Assembly: GCA_963707025.1 (NCBI GenBank)
Contig: CAVPOM010000014.1
Coordinates: forward strand, 160,001 to 224,000
DNA: 64,000 nt
From: an uncultured Verrucomicrobiae bacterium
GTDB taxonomy: Bacteria > Verrucomicrobiota > Verrucomicrobiia > Limisphaerales > Palsa-1400
Direction: 5' to 3'
Shown in pieces: positions 41,180 to 49,563 of the stretch. The notes under the pieces were generated by a model. That model was not told the DNA's origin. It saw only the letters and a list, made by a program, of their open reading frames with translations, and did no database searches. How positions within the stretch are numbered: position 1 is the first letter of the stretch; each line of letters begins with the position of its first letter. The position numbers were made by a program, and so were the translations under genes.

Positions 41180-41208
41180 ACTTTACCTAACAATGCTATG
41201 CCTGTCAA
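41180..41208 (-). promoter_or_regulatory. Sigma70 promoter of padR, probably leaderless, with candidate operator in the spacer
   Basis: TTGACA-17 bp-TAAAGT-6 nt-ATG; spacer contains the imperfect palindrome cATAGCA-t-TGTTAGg. Confidence 0.7.
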
Positions 41209-41550
41209 CCTGAAATCGTCTAAAATCGCATTCCCTCACTTTGGGGTGGGTCCCGAATTATCGGGACCCGCCGCACGACAGTAGTGCCGCGTTTATTCCT
41301 CCGCCAATGCCCCGACGGCGGGCAAACGAATGCCCGCCCCGACCTTCCCGCCCCAGCCATGAAATCATTCCCATGCCATCAATCACATTTGCAACCGGTC
41401 ATCCTCAAAGCTCCCGGCCGCTTTTTGCCCAGAAAATGCCTTGGCAGAAAGGATCGGCGGTGCTATCAGTATTGGGTATGCAGGACATCAACCAGACCGG
41501 TCAGTCAGGCTGGCAAAATGGCGTGCCCATGATGCGTCAATCATAACTTT

Positions 41551-44500
41551 ATGAAAATTCCAGGCGATGCCTCCGCCATGCCGGCCCAGATGCTCGACAA
41601 GCTTCGCGCCGTCCTCCGCCGCGACCGCCGGCTCCACCTCCAAACCGGCCTGGCCCGCGCCGGCGCCGTCCTCCTCAGCGCCATGCTCGTCATGATGGCC
41701 GTGGACTGGCTGGCCACGCCGCACCAGGGGCTTTGGCGCTGGCTCATGACCATTTCCGCGCTGGCCTGCGCCGCCGCCGCCCTGCTCCTGGGCTGCGTCA
41801 TTCCCCTCCTCCGCCCCCGCTCCCTGGACTCCGTGGCCCGGCAGGTGGATCGCGCCCATCCCTCGCTCCAGGAGCGCTGCCAGACCGTGACCGAATTCGC
41901 CCAGTCCAAGGACCAGCCCGCCATCCGCGGTTCGGAAGGAATGATCCGCAAAGTTGCCCAACAAACCGCCGCCATGAGCGCAACGGTCGTGCCGGCCACC
42001 GTCGTTTCCAATCAAGCTTTGATGCGCGCCGCAAAATTTTTCGCGGCGGCGGCAGCCGTGCTGGCCCTTTTCTTCCTCGTTGATTTTCCCCGCGCCAAGG
42101 TCCTCTCCCGGCGGTTTTTTCAGCCGGGCGCGGACATCACGCTGACCCGCTTGCAGTCCAAAACGGGCGACCTGGTGGCTGGCAAGGGAGAAAATGTCAC
42201 CTTGGAATTCACCGCCACGGGAAAAGCGACCCGTTCCGCCATACTTTCCCTCCATCCTGCGGCGGGCCGCGATGAGGTCGTGGTTTTGGACAAGGACGCC
42301 AGGGAGTCCACCCCCGGCGCCTCCAAGTTCATCTATACCGCCAACGCCGTCACCGCCTCCTTTGCCTACAGCGCCCGTTCCGGCGACGGCCGGACCGCCC
42401 TCTATCATGTCACCGTGCTGGAACGTCCCACCCTGGCGCAAGTCCAGTTGCGCATCGAAGCCCCGGCCTACAGCAAGCTGCCGGTCGTCACCGAGAAAAA
42501 CCTCCCGCGCCACCTCCGCGCCCTGGAGGGAAGCAAAATGGAAATCAGTTTCCTCCCGGACCAGGAACTGGCCGGCCTGGATTTGAAATTCGCCGACGGC
42601 AACCTCCAGCATTTGGAAAAGGGGCCTGACCAGCATTATCACTTCAACACCGTCCTGAGCAACACCATCGCCTTCGAACCGCTGCTGACCAACCTGCGCC
42701 ATCTCGACAACCAGTCCCCGCCCAACTGCGAGATCGTCGTCTATCAGGACCAGCCTCCCACCGTCAACATCACCTCGCCCAGCGACCAGATCACCGCCCG
42801 GCCGGATGACAAAATCCAGATCGAATTCGAGGCGCGCGATGATTTCGGCCTGGCCAGGGCCGAACTGGTCGTCAGCGTTGCCAGCGAAAATGGTTCCAAT
42901 TCCCCGCCCGTGACCATTCCCATTCCGCTCGATCCAAAGGAAGTCGGCTCCAAGTTCATCAACAAGCAAGTAGAACTGGATCTGGCCCAGTTTAATCTCA
43001 AGCAGGACCAGGAACTCAACTACAGCGTCCGCGTCACGGACACAAAAAACGATTCCAGCTTCTCCACCCCGCGCCCGGACGCGGCCAGGCAGGCGCAAAA
43101 CTCCGAAATGGCCTCCGCTCCGAACCCAAACTCCCAGCCTAACGACTCCCAAAATCAGGCGCAACAAAGCAACCTCCAGAACCAGGCCGGCCAGAATAAT
43201 CCGGAGAACCAGTCCCGGCAAAATTCCGCCCAAAATCAGTCTCAGCAGAACGCGGCGCAAAACCAATCCCGGCAAAATCCCGCGCTCAATCAATCCCAAC
43301 AGAACACGGCGCAAAACCAGTCCCAGCCAAACACCGCGCAGAATCAATCCCAACAAAACACGGCCCAAAACCAGTCCCAGCCAAACACCGCCCAAAACCC
43401 GTCCCAACCCAACACCGCGCGAATCCAATCACAACAGAATACCGCGCAGAACCAATCCCAACAGAACAACGCCCAAAACCAGTCCCAGCAAAACAATGGG
43501 CAGAACCAATCTCAGCAAAATACCGCGCGGAACTCCTCGTCCCAGCAGCCCTCCAACCCGCCAAACGACCAAAACCAAAACCAGAATCAAAATCAGACTT
43601 CTCCGCCTCAGCAGAATCAGAATCATATTGCCATGGCCAGCCCCAAGTCCGACGCCAACTCATCCCCGCCTTCAGGCTCCAGCCAGCCCCCGCCCAATTC
43701 CATGTCCAAACGCGCCTTGGACGTTGCCTCCGGCCAGTCTTCCAGCGCCCAGCAGATGCGCATTGTGGTGGACCAATTTGCCCGCTCCTTCGACGGCCAG
43801 ATGCGCGAAAAGCAGGAGCTGGCCATTGAACCCATCTTGAAGCTGTTGGAGCAATTGCTCCACACCGCCCATGACCTCACCGAGTCCAACCTTCTCGCCG
43901 CCCAATCCAAGGAGGGCCTGGGCTTGCAGCAGACCTGGGCGCTGGAAGAGAGCAAAGATCAGGTCCGCCAGGCCGACCGCGCCGTGGTGGATTTGAAGAA
44001 GCGAAGCGCCGGCACCCCCTACGCTTTCATCGGCCTGCAGGTTTCCGACATCGGCGACACCCACATCGCCCCGGCCCGCGAGCAATTGGGTGAAGTCACC
44101 CTCGAATCCGCCAAGGCCAGGGAGGACAAGGAGAGTTTATCCCAGGCCTCCTTCCACCTCGCCCAAGCCCTGCAAATGCTGGCCGACCTGACCAAAACCT
44201 ATGAGTCGGTCAAACGCGACAACCAGCTCGCCGACGCCCTGCAGCAGTTGAAAAAAATGCACCAGATTTTCCTCGAGGACACCCAGGCCATGCTCGGCTC
44301 CAAAAAACCGCCCATTAACTCCGTGGACCGGAAAATCGCCGAGGTGGACGAGGATTACGTGGCCAAGCTCAACCAACTCCTGGAAGAGCAGAAAAAAATC
44401 ATGGCCGAGCTGGCCAAAATCCTGGCCGACGACCCCCGCATGCTCCGCCGTTTCATGGCCTTGCAGGAATTGGATGGAACCACGCTGCGTGACCAAATGA

Positions 44501-45807
44501 CCCTCCTGGCCCAGCGCCAGCAAGCCCTCACCAAAAAGACCGCCGAATGGACCGTGGCCGACGAAACCGCTCGCTCCACCCTGGCCAGCCGCGATCTCAT
44601 CGCCCAGGCCTCCGAACAAATCGAGGTCGCCTCTTCCGCCGCCAAAATGCACGAGAACATGATCACCTGGCTGCCCGACGGTGTGGAACAGGACAAGGAG
44701 CCGGTCGCCACCGCCCTGGCCCTCGCCGCTGAAGGCGCCCGCCTGGCCGCTCTGGCCACCAGCCAGGCCTCCTCGGACGACATCACCAACAGCCTCCTCT
44801 CCGCCCGCAAGGCCCTGGACCAATTCCGCCTCTTGCACGATTATTTGCCCGACATGTCCGGCGACGCCGATACCCAGAACCTGAGCGTCTTCGCCGCCAA
44901 CCGCGTCAATGAGGATGCCGATTTGGTCACCAGGGAATCCGGCTGGATCAAAAAAATCGAAGCCCTGCGCGCCGGCGATTTCTCCCAGTCCGTCGAGGTT
45001 GACCAGCATCGCCTCGCGCTGGATACGGCGGGCTTGAGCGAAAAACTCGACGCCTCCGCGCCGTCCCTCGCCGCCCTCTCCCCGGAGATCCACGCCAAAT
45101 CAGACCAACTGCTCCACACCGTCGAAAAACAAGTTCTCCCGGAAGAAACCCGCGCCGTGGACGCGCTGGCCCGCAAAACGTTCAAAGACGCCGTCAGCCG
45201 CCAGGAGGGCGCCAACACCGCCTTCGCCCAGGCCGAGACCCAGTTCGACGAGCTTCTCCGCCTCATCGTCGCCAAACTCGACAGCGCCCCGCCTCCCACC
45301 GATCCGGGACGCAATCCCACCCTGGAAGAAATCCTGGCCATGCTTAAGGACGAGAAAAAAGCGGCGGAATCCCTGGGCATTCCCAACCGCCCCATCAATG
45401 TTCAGATCATGCGCGACTGGCTCACCCCTGGCTCCGCTTCCCAGCAAGCCGGCAGCGGCCAGGGTCAGAACCAAAACCGCGCCCAGGCCCGTGCCGCCCA
45501 GCAACAGGCCCGCGATGCCGCCAGGCGCAACGACCGCGCCAGCGATCAAGCCAGAAGAAACGCCCAGATGCGGGCGGCCGCCTTGGCGGCCACTGACCCC
45601 GCCGCCGCCGGCAAGAGCAACGAAAGCGGCCCAAAAGCTCCCGCCAACGCCTGGAACACTCTCGCCTCCAAATTGGGCGAGGAACTGCGCCAGAGCCGCG
45701 ACAATGTTCCGCCCGAGCAGTACCGCCAGGCCATCGAACAGTACTTCAACAGCATTTCCGAAACCGTCCCCGCCGCCCCGCCCGATTCCAAGGACAAGAA
45801 CCCTTGA
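41551..45807 (+). CDS. Large membrane-anchored coiled-coil protein (DUF4175-like) with Q/N-rich repeat
   Basis: Three N-terminal TM helices, A..VDRAHPSLQER, DQPPTVNI..P, ARDDFGL, long helical region, VPPEQYRQAIEQYF C-terminus. Confidence 0.8.
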   Translation: MKIPGDASAMPAQMLDKLRAVLRRDRRLHLQTGLARAGAVLLSAMLVMMAVDWLATPHQGLWRWLMTISALACAAAALLLGCVIPLLRPRSLDSVARQVDRAHPSLQERCQTVTEFAQSKDQPAIRGSEGMIRKVAQQTAAMSATVVPATVVSNQALMRAAKFFAAAAAVLALFFLVDFPRAKVLSRRFFQPGADITLTRLQSKTGDLVAGKGENVTLEFTATGKATRSAILSLHPAAGRDEVVVLDKDARESTPGASKFIYTANAVTASFAYSARSGDGRTALYHVTVLERPTLAQVQLRIEAPAYSKLPVVTEKNLPRHLRALEGSKMEISFLPDQELAGLDLKFADGNLQHLEKGPDQHYHFNTVLSNTIAFEPLLTNLRHLDNQSPPNCEIVVYQDQPPTVNITSPSDQITARPDDKIQIEFEARDDFGLARAELVVSVASENGSNSPPVTIPIPLDPKEVGSKFINKQVELDLAQFNLKQDQELNYSVRVTDTKNDSSFSTPRPDAARQAQNSEMASAPNPNSQPNDSQNQAQQSNLQNQAGQNNPENQSRQNSAQNQSQQNAAQNQSRQNPALNQSQQNTAQNQSQPNTAQNQSQQNTAQNQSQPNTAQNPSQPNTARIQSQQNTAQNQSQQNNAQNQSQQNNGQNQSQQNTARNSSSQQPSNPPNDQNQNQNQNQTSPPQQNQNHIAMASPKSDANSSPPSGSSQPPPNSMSKRALDVASGQSSSAQQMRIVVDQFARSFDGQMREKQELAIEPILKLLEQLLHTAHDLTESNLLAAQSKEGLGLQQTWALEESKDQVRQADRAVVDLKKRSAGTPYAFIGLQVSDIGDTHIAPAREQLGEVTLESAKAREDKESLSQASFHLAQALQMLADLTKTYESVKRDNQLADALQQLKKMHQIFLEDTQAMLGSKKPPINSVDRKIAEVDEDYVAKLNQLLEEQKKIMAELAKILADDPRMLRRFMALQELDGTTLRDQMTLLAQRQQALTKKTAEWTVADETARSTLASRDLIAQASEQIEVASSAAKMHENMITWLPDGVEQDKEPVATALALAAEGARLAALATSQASSDDITNSLLSARKALDQFRLLHDYLPDMSGDADTQNLSVFAANRVNEDADLVTRESGWIKKIEALRAGDFSQSVEVDQHRLALDTAGLSEKLDASAPSLAALSPEIHAKSDQLLHTVEKQVLPEETRAVDALARKTFKDAVSRQEGANTAFAQAETQFDELLRLIVAKLDSAPPPTDPGRNPTLEEILAMLKDEKKAAESLGIPNRPINVQIMRDWLTPGSASQQAGSGQGQNQNRAQARAAQQQARDAARRNDRASDQARRNAQMRAAALAATDPAAAGKSNESGPKAPANAWNTLASKLGEELRQSRDNVPPEQYRQAIEQYFNSISETVPAAPPDSKDKNP
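43141..43518 (+). repeat. About 14 intragenic 27-bp repeats encoding NTAQNQSQQ
   Basis: Nine-residue period read directly from the translation. Confidence 0.92.
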
Positions 45808-45921
45808 ATTGCCCCTGGCGGATTACAGACAGCCGGCAGGAGAAAACGCCATCGTGTCAATCATAAAATTCCGTTCGTCCCGCGCCCCGCATTTTGCAGG
45901 CGCGGCCCGCCCCCGCCGGCC

Positions 45922-47118
45922 TTACCTCTGGTAAACGGGCAGAAGCTGATACGGCGGGGTCAGGGACAGCACCGCCATGGCCGTGGAATAGACGTTGCCA
46001 AAACGGGCCAGGCCGATCTGCGGTTCCGTCGGCCAGGAGCCGTCGGCATTTTGCCCTGTCAACAAGGCGTCGGCCAGCGGCCCGTAGATCCCCTTCCAGT
46101 AGGTCCCGCCCAGTTGCGCCGCCGCCTGGCTGCAATAATACGCGCTGTAAAAAAAATTGTCGTCCGGGCCGATCAGCTCCCCGTATCTCTGGAAGGGATG
46201 GGTCAGCAGCCAGTTGCCCGCCGCCAGCGCCGCCGGCGTTTGGTGCTCCCCCGCCAGTGACAAGCATAAAATTCCCGCCCCCATCATGCCCCGGCTCGAC
46301 CGCACGTCCCCCGTCCCCTCCAGCGCATAATTGAACACCCCTTTTCTTTCATTCCAACACCGGTGGACGAACGCCATCGCCTCGTCCATGTAGCCCTGCG
46401 GCACATTGAACTCCGCGTTGCGCGCCGAGCGCAAAAACAAAATCTGCCACGCCGTCACCGAAAGGTCCGAGTCCGCCGCGAAATGATCGTAGCGAAGGCG
46501 CAGATAGCGCCAGCCCCCCCGGTCGGCCGCGTGGGCCTTGGGACGGGTTTGCAATTCCCGCGTGAACTCGAGCGCTTTGCTCAACCCCTGCTTCACCTCT
46601 TCTGTCCTCCGGCCGGTCACATGCCCAAAGACTTCTCCCAGCATCAGCCCGGCAATGGCATGGTTGTAAACGGCGGTGTGAATGGCCGTCATGTCCACAT
46701 GATCCTTGTTGGTGGCCGGCTGAAAGGAAAACAGCCCGTCATCCCTCTGGCAGGCCAGCACAAAATCTATGGCCCGGTCCATTTGCGCTCCATAAGGACC
46801 CAGGCCGGGTTGGTGTCCGCGGGCCAGAAACGCCAGCACGCACAAGCTCGTCACCGCCGGCTGCGCGGCCGGCTGCGTGGGAAACGAACCGTCCGCCGCC
46901 TGCTGGGTGGCGATCCAGGCCAGCGCCCGGTCCACCGAATTCTCCACCACCGGCCATTTGCCGGGAGGCAGAACCTCCGTCAGCGGGTTGGCGGATCGGA
47001 CCCCGGCAACAGCATTGGTGGAACTGCCCGAACCGGCTGCGGCCGGCCCGGGCGCCGCCGCCAGCAGCAGTCCCAGGGGAAGGCAACGCCAGCCGGAGGC
47101 TAAGGTTCGCGCCCTCAT
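45922..47118 (-). CDS. Prenyltransferase/squalene-cyclase repeat protein, paralogue 4
   Basis: Signal peptide, QQAADGSF, YNHAIAGLMLGEV, GGWRY, DSDLSVT, ends LLPVYQR. Confidence 0.88.
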   Translation of the reverse strand: MRARTLASGWRCLPLGLLLAAAPGPAAAGSGSSTNAVAGVRSANPLTEVLPPGKWPVVENSVDRALAWIATQQAADGSFPTQPAAQPAVTSLCVLAFLARGHQPGLGPYGAQMDRAIDFVLACQRDDGLFSFQPATNKDHVDMTAIHTAVYNHAIAGLMLGEVFGHVTGRRTEEVKQGLSKALEFTRELQTRPKAHAADRGGWRYLRLRYDHFAADSDLSVTAWQILFLRSARNAEFNVPQGYMDEAMAFVHRCWNERKGVFNYALEGTGDVRSSRGMMGAGILCLSLAGEHQTPAALAAGNWLLTHPFQRYGELIGPDDNFFYSAYYCSQAAAQLGGTYWKGIYGPLADALLTGQNADGSWPTEPQIGLARFGNVYSTAMAVLSLTPPYQLLPVYQR

Positions 47119-47119
47119 G

Positions 47120-48310
47120 TCAGCGTTGGTAAACCGGCAGAAGCTGATAGGCCGGAGTCAGGGAGAGCACCGCCAGCGCCGTGGAATAATCCGAGCCAAA
47201 CATGGCATCGCCAAAGCCGGTCTCCCTCGGCCAGCAGCCCTCCGCTTCCTGCGCGCCCAGCAGCACCTCCACGATCGGCGGATAAATCCCCTGCCAATAT
47301 CGCCCGCCCAACTGCATGGCCGCCTGGCTGCAATAATACATCCCGTAGAACGCCCGGTCGTAGGTCCCGACCCGCTCCCCCAAACCGCGGAACGGATGCG
47401 CCAGCAGCCAGTCCCCCGCCGCCTGCGCCATCGCCGTTTCATGTTGTCCCCCCAGCGACAACGCCAGAATTCCCGCGCCCGTCGTGCCCCGGCTCGGGTC
47501 TCTCCCCGCCGTGGCGGATACCAGCGAGTAATTAAACATGCCCTGCGCGGGATTCCAGCACCGGCTCACAAATCCCATCACCGAGTCAATATAGGGTTGC
47601 GGCACATCAAATTCCGCATTCCGGGCGGAGCGCAAAAACATCAGTTGCCACGCCGTGGCCGAAAGGTCGGAGTCGGCCTGCCCAATGGCCACGCGCAAAT
47701 AGCGCCACCCGCCCCTCTCATAATCCCGCTTCGGGCGAAGCTGGAGGTCGCGCGTGAACTGCAACGCGCTGCTGATCGCTCCTTTGACCCTCTTCATCCG
47801 TTCGCCGGTGACATGGCCATAGACTTCCCCCAGCATCAGTCCCGCGATGGCGTGATTGTAGGACGCGGTGTGCGAGGCCCCGTTGCTGACATGAACGGCC
47901 TCGGGCGCGGCGTAAGAAAACAAGCCATCGGGCCTCTGACAGGAAATCACAAAATCTATCGCTCTCTCAATGCGCCCGCCATAAGGACCGTAACCGGGCT
48001 GATGTCCGCGCGAAAGAAACGCCATGACGCACAGGCTCGTCACCGCGGGCTGGCCCGCCCGCGCGGACGGAAACGAGCCGTCCGCCGCCTGCTGCGAGGC
48101 CAGCCAGGCCAGGGCGTGGTCCACCGAACTTTCCACCTGCTGCCAGCGGGCCTTGGGCAACACCGCCGCCAGCGGCGGAGACTCGGCGGACGGCGGTGGA
48201 ACTGGCTGTGCGCCACCCTCCGCCGTGCCCGGCGCCGCCGCGCAAAAGATCAGCAGCGCGAAGAAAAACCCCGCGCCGCCCCGCGCTGCACGGTGTTGGC
48301 CATCGCCCAT
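47120..48310 (-). CDS. Prenyltransferase/squalene-cyclase repeat protein, paralogue 3
   Basis: Same motifs (DSDLSAT); start MGDGQH at 48310; the longer track ORF overlaps paralogue 2. Confidence 0.88.
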   Translation of the reverse strand: MGDGQHRAARGGAGFFFALLIFCAAAPGTAEGGAQPVPPPSAESPPLAAVLPKARWQQVESSVDHALAWLASQQAADGSFPSARAGQPAVTSLCVMAFLSRGHQPGYGPYGGRIERAIDFVISCQRPDGLFSYAAPEAVHVSNGASHTASYNHAIAGLMLGEVYGHVTGERMKRVKGAISSALQFTRDLQLRPKRDYERGGWRYLRVAIGQADSDLSATAWQLMFLRSARNAEFDVPQPYIDSVMGFVSRCWNPAQGMFNYSLVSATAGRDPSRGTTGAGILALSLGGQHETAMAQAAGDWLLAHPFRGLGERVGTYDRAFYGMYYCSQAAMQLGGRYWQGIYPPIVEVLLGAQEAEGCWPRETGFGDAMFGSDYSTALAVLSLTPAYQLLPVYQR

Positions 48311-48311
48311 A

Positions 48312-49562
48312 TTAACGCTGATAGACCGGAAGAAGCTGGTAGGCCGGAGTGAGGGAGAGCACCGCCATCGCGGTGATGTAAACCTGGCCGTACATGCCTT
48401 CGCCCCCCCCGCCCCGTCCTCCCCTCCGTCCTCCCCCGCCAAAGGATGAGTCCACCGGAAAGGAACCGTCGCCCTGTTGGGTCTGCACCAGGATTCTGGC
48501 GATCGGCGGAAAAATACCCGTCCAATAGCGCCCCCCCAGTTGCGCCGCCGCCTGGCTGCAATAATAAGTGCTGTAAAAAAACCGGTCGTTGCCGGTTCCG
48601 ATCCTTTCCCCAAAGTATTGAAAAGGATGCGCCAGCAACCAGTCGCCCGCCGCCAGCGCCTCCGGGCTTTGATGCTGTCCGGCCAGGGCCAGGGAAACAA
48701 TCACCGACCCCATCAGGCCGCGGGTAAACATAAACTGCTGATCTCCCTGTGCGGTATAGTGGAACAGGCCGTCTTCCTCGACCCAGCAGCGGTGGACAAA
48801 ACTCATGGCATCGTCAATATATTTTTGCGGCACATTAAATTCCGCGTTCCGGGCCGAACGCAAAAACATCAAGTGCCAGCCCGTCACCGAAAGATCCGAG
48901 TCGGCCCCGCCGTACGTGACTCGCAGGTAACGCCACCCGCCTTTGTCCTCGGGAGCCGTCTTGGGATGGGTTTGCAGTTCGCGGCTGAACTGCAGGGCCT
49001 TGTCCATGGCTTGTTTGATCTGCTGGGTCCGCTGCGCGTTGGCGTGCCCAAAAACCTCCCCCAGCATCAATCCTGCAATGGCGTGATTGTAGGTCCCGGC
49101 CTGCGCGCCGCGAGGCAAGCCGCGTCCCCCGCGGCCAAAGCCGTTGAAGTCCTGCTGGGCAGTGTCGTCGGGAGCTTCAAAGGAAAAAAGTCCATCCGGC
49201 TTTTGACAGGAGATGACAAAATCTATCGCCCGGTCCATTTGCGCGCCGTAGGGGCCAAAGCCGGGCTGATGCCCGCGCGAAAGAAAGGCCAGCACACACA
49301 GACCCGTGATGGCGGGCTGCCCGTCCGACCGGGTCGGAAAGGACCCATCCGCCGCCTGCTGGCTGGCGATCCAGGACAGAGCGTGGTCCACGCAATCCTC
49401 CACCTGCTTCCATTGTGCCGGGGAAAGCGCGGCCGCGAAGGATTGCGACGGAACGGCCGAGGCGGTGCCCGGCAGGCCGCCGCCGCGCGCCCCGGGCAGG
49501 CCGCTCCAACCCGCCAGCAGCATCAGACCGATTCGAACCGTTGCAAGGGAAAATATCTTCAT
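48312..49562 (-). CDS. Prenyltransferase/squalene-cyclase repeat protein, paralogue 2
   Basis: Same motifs plus two Gly/Arg-rich loop insertions. Confidence 0.88.
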   Translation of the reverse strand: MKIFSLATVRIGLMLLAGWSGLPGARGGGLPGTASAVPSQSFAAALSPAQWKQVEDCVDHALSWIASQQAADGSFPTRSDGQPAITGLCVLAFLSRGHQPGFGPYGAQMDRAIDFVISCQKPDGLFSFEAPDDTAQQDFNGFGRGGRGLPRGAQAGTYNHAIAGLMLGEVFGHANAQRTQQIKQAMDKALQFSRELQTHPKTAPEDKGGWRYLRVTYGGADSDLSVTGWHLMFLRSARNAEFNVPQKYIDDAMSFVHRCWVEEDGLFHYTAQGDQQFMFTRGLMGSVIVSLALAGQHQSPEALAAGDWLLAHPFQYFGERIGTGNDRFFYSTYYCSQAAAQLGGRYWTGIFPPIARILVQTQQGDGSFPVDSSFGGGGRRGGRGGGGEGMYGQVYITAMAVLSLTPAYQLLPVYQR

Positions 49563-49563
49563 G

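Noticed and set aside
41488..43428. Long antisense ORFs (also 22730-24181, 32018-33496, 36375-38006, 48477-50057, 27801-29291)
   Set aside because: Shadow frames of well-supported GC-rich genes; the Leu/Gly repeat is simply the antisense of the Q/N repeat
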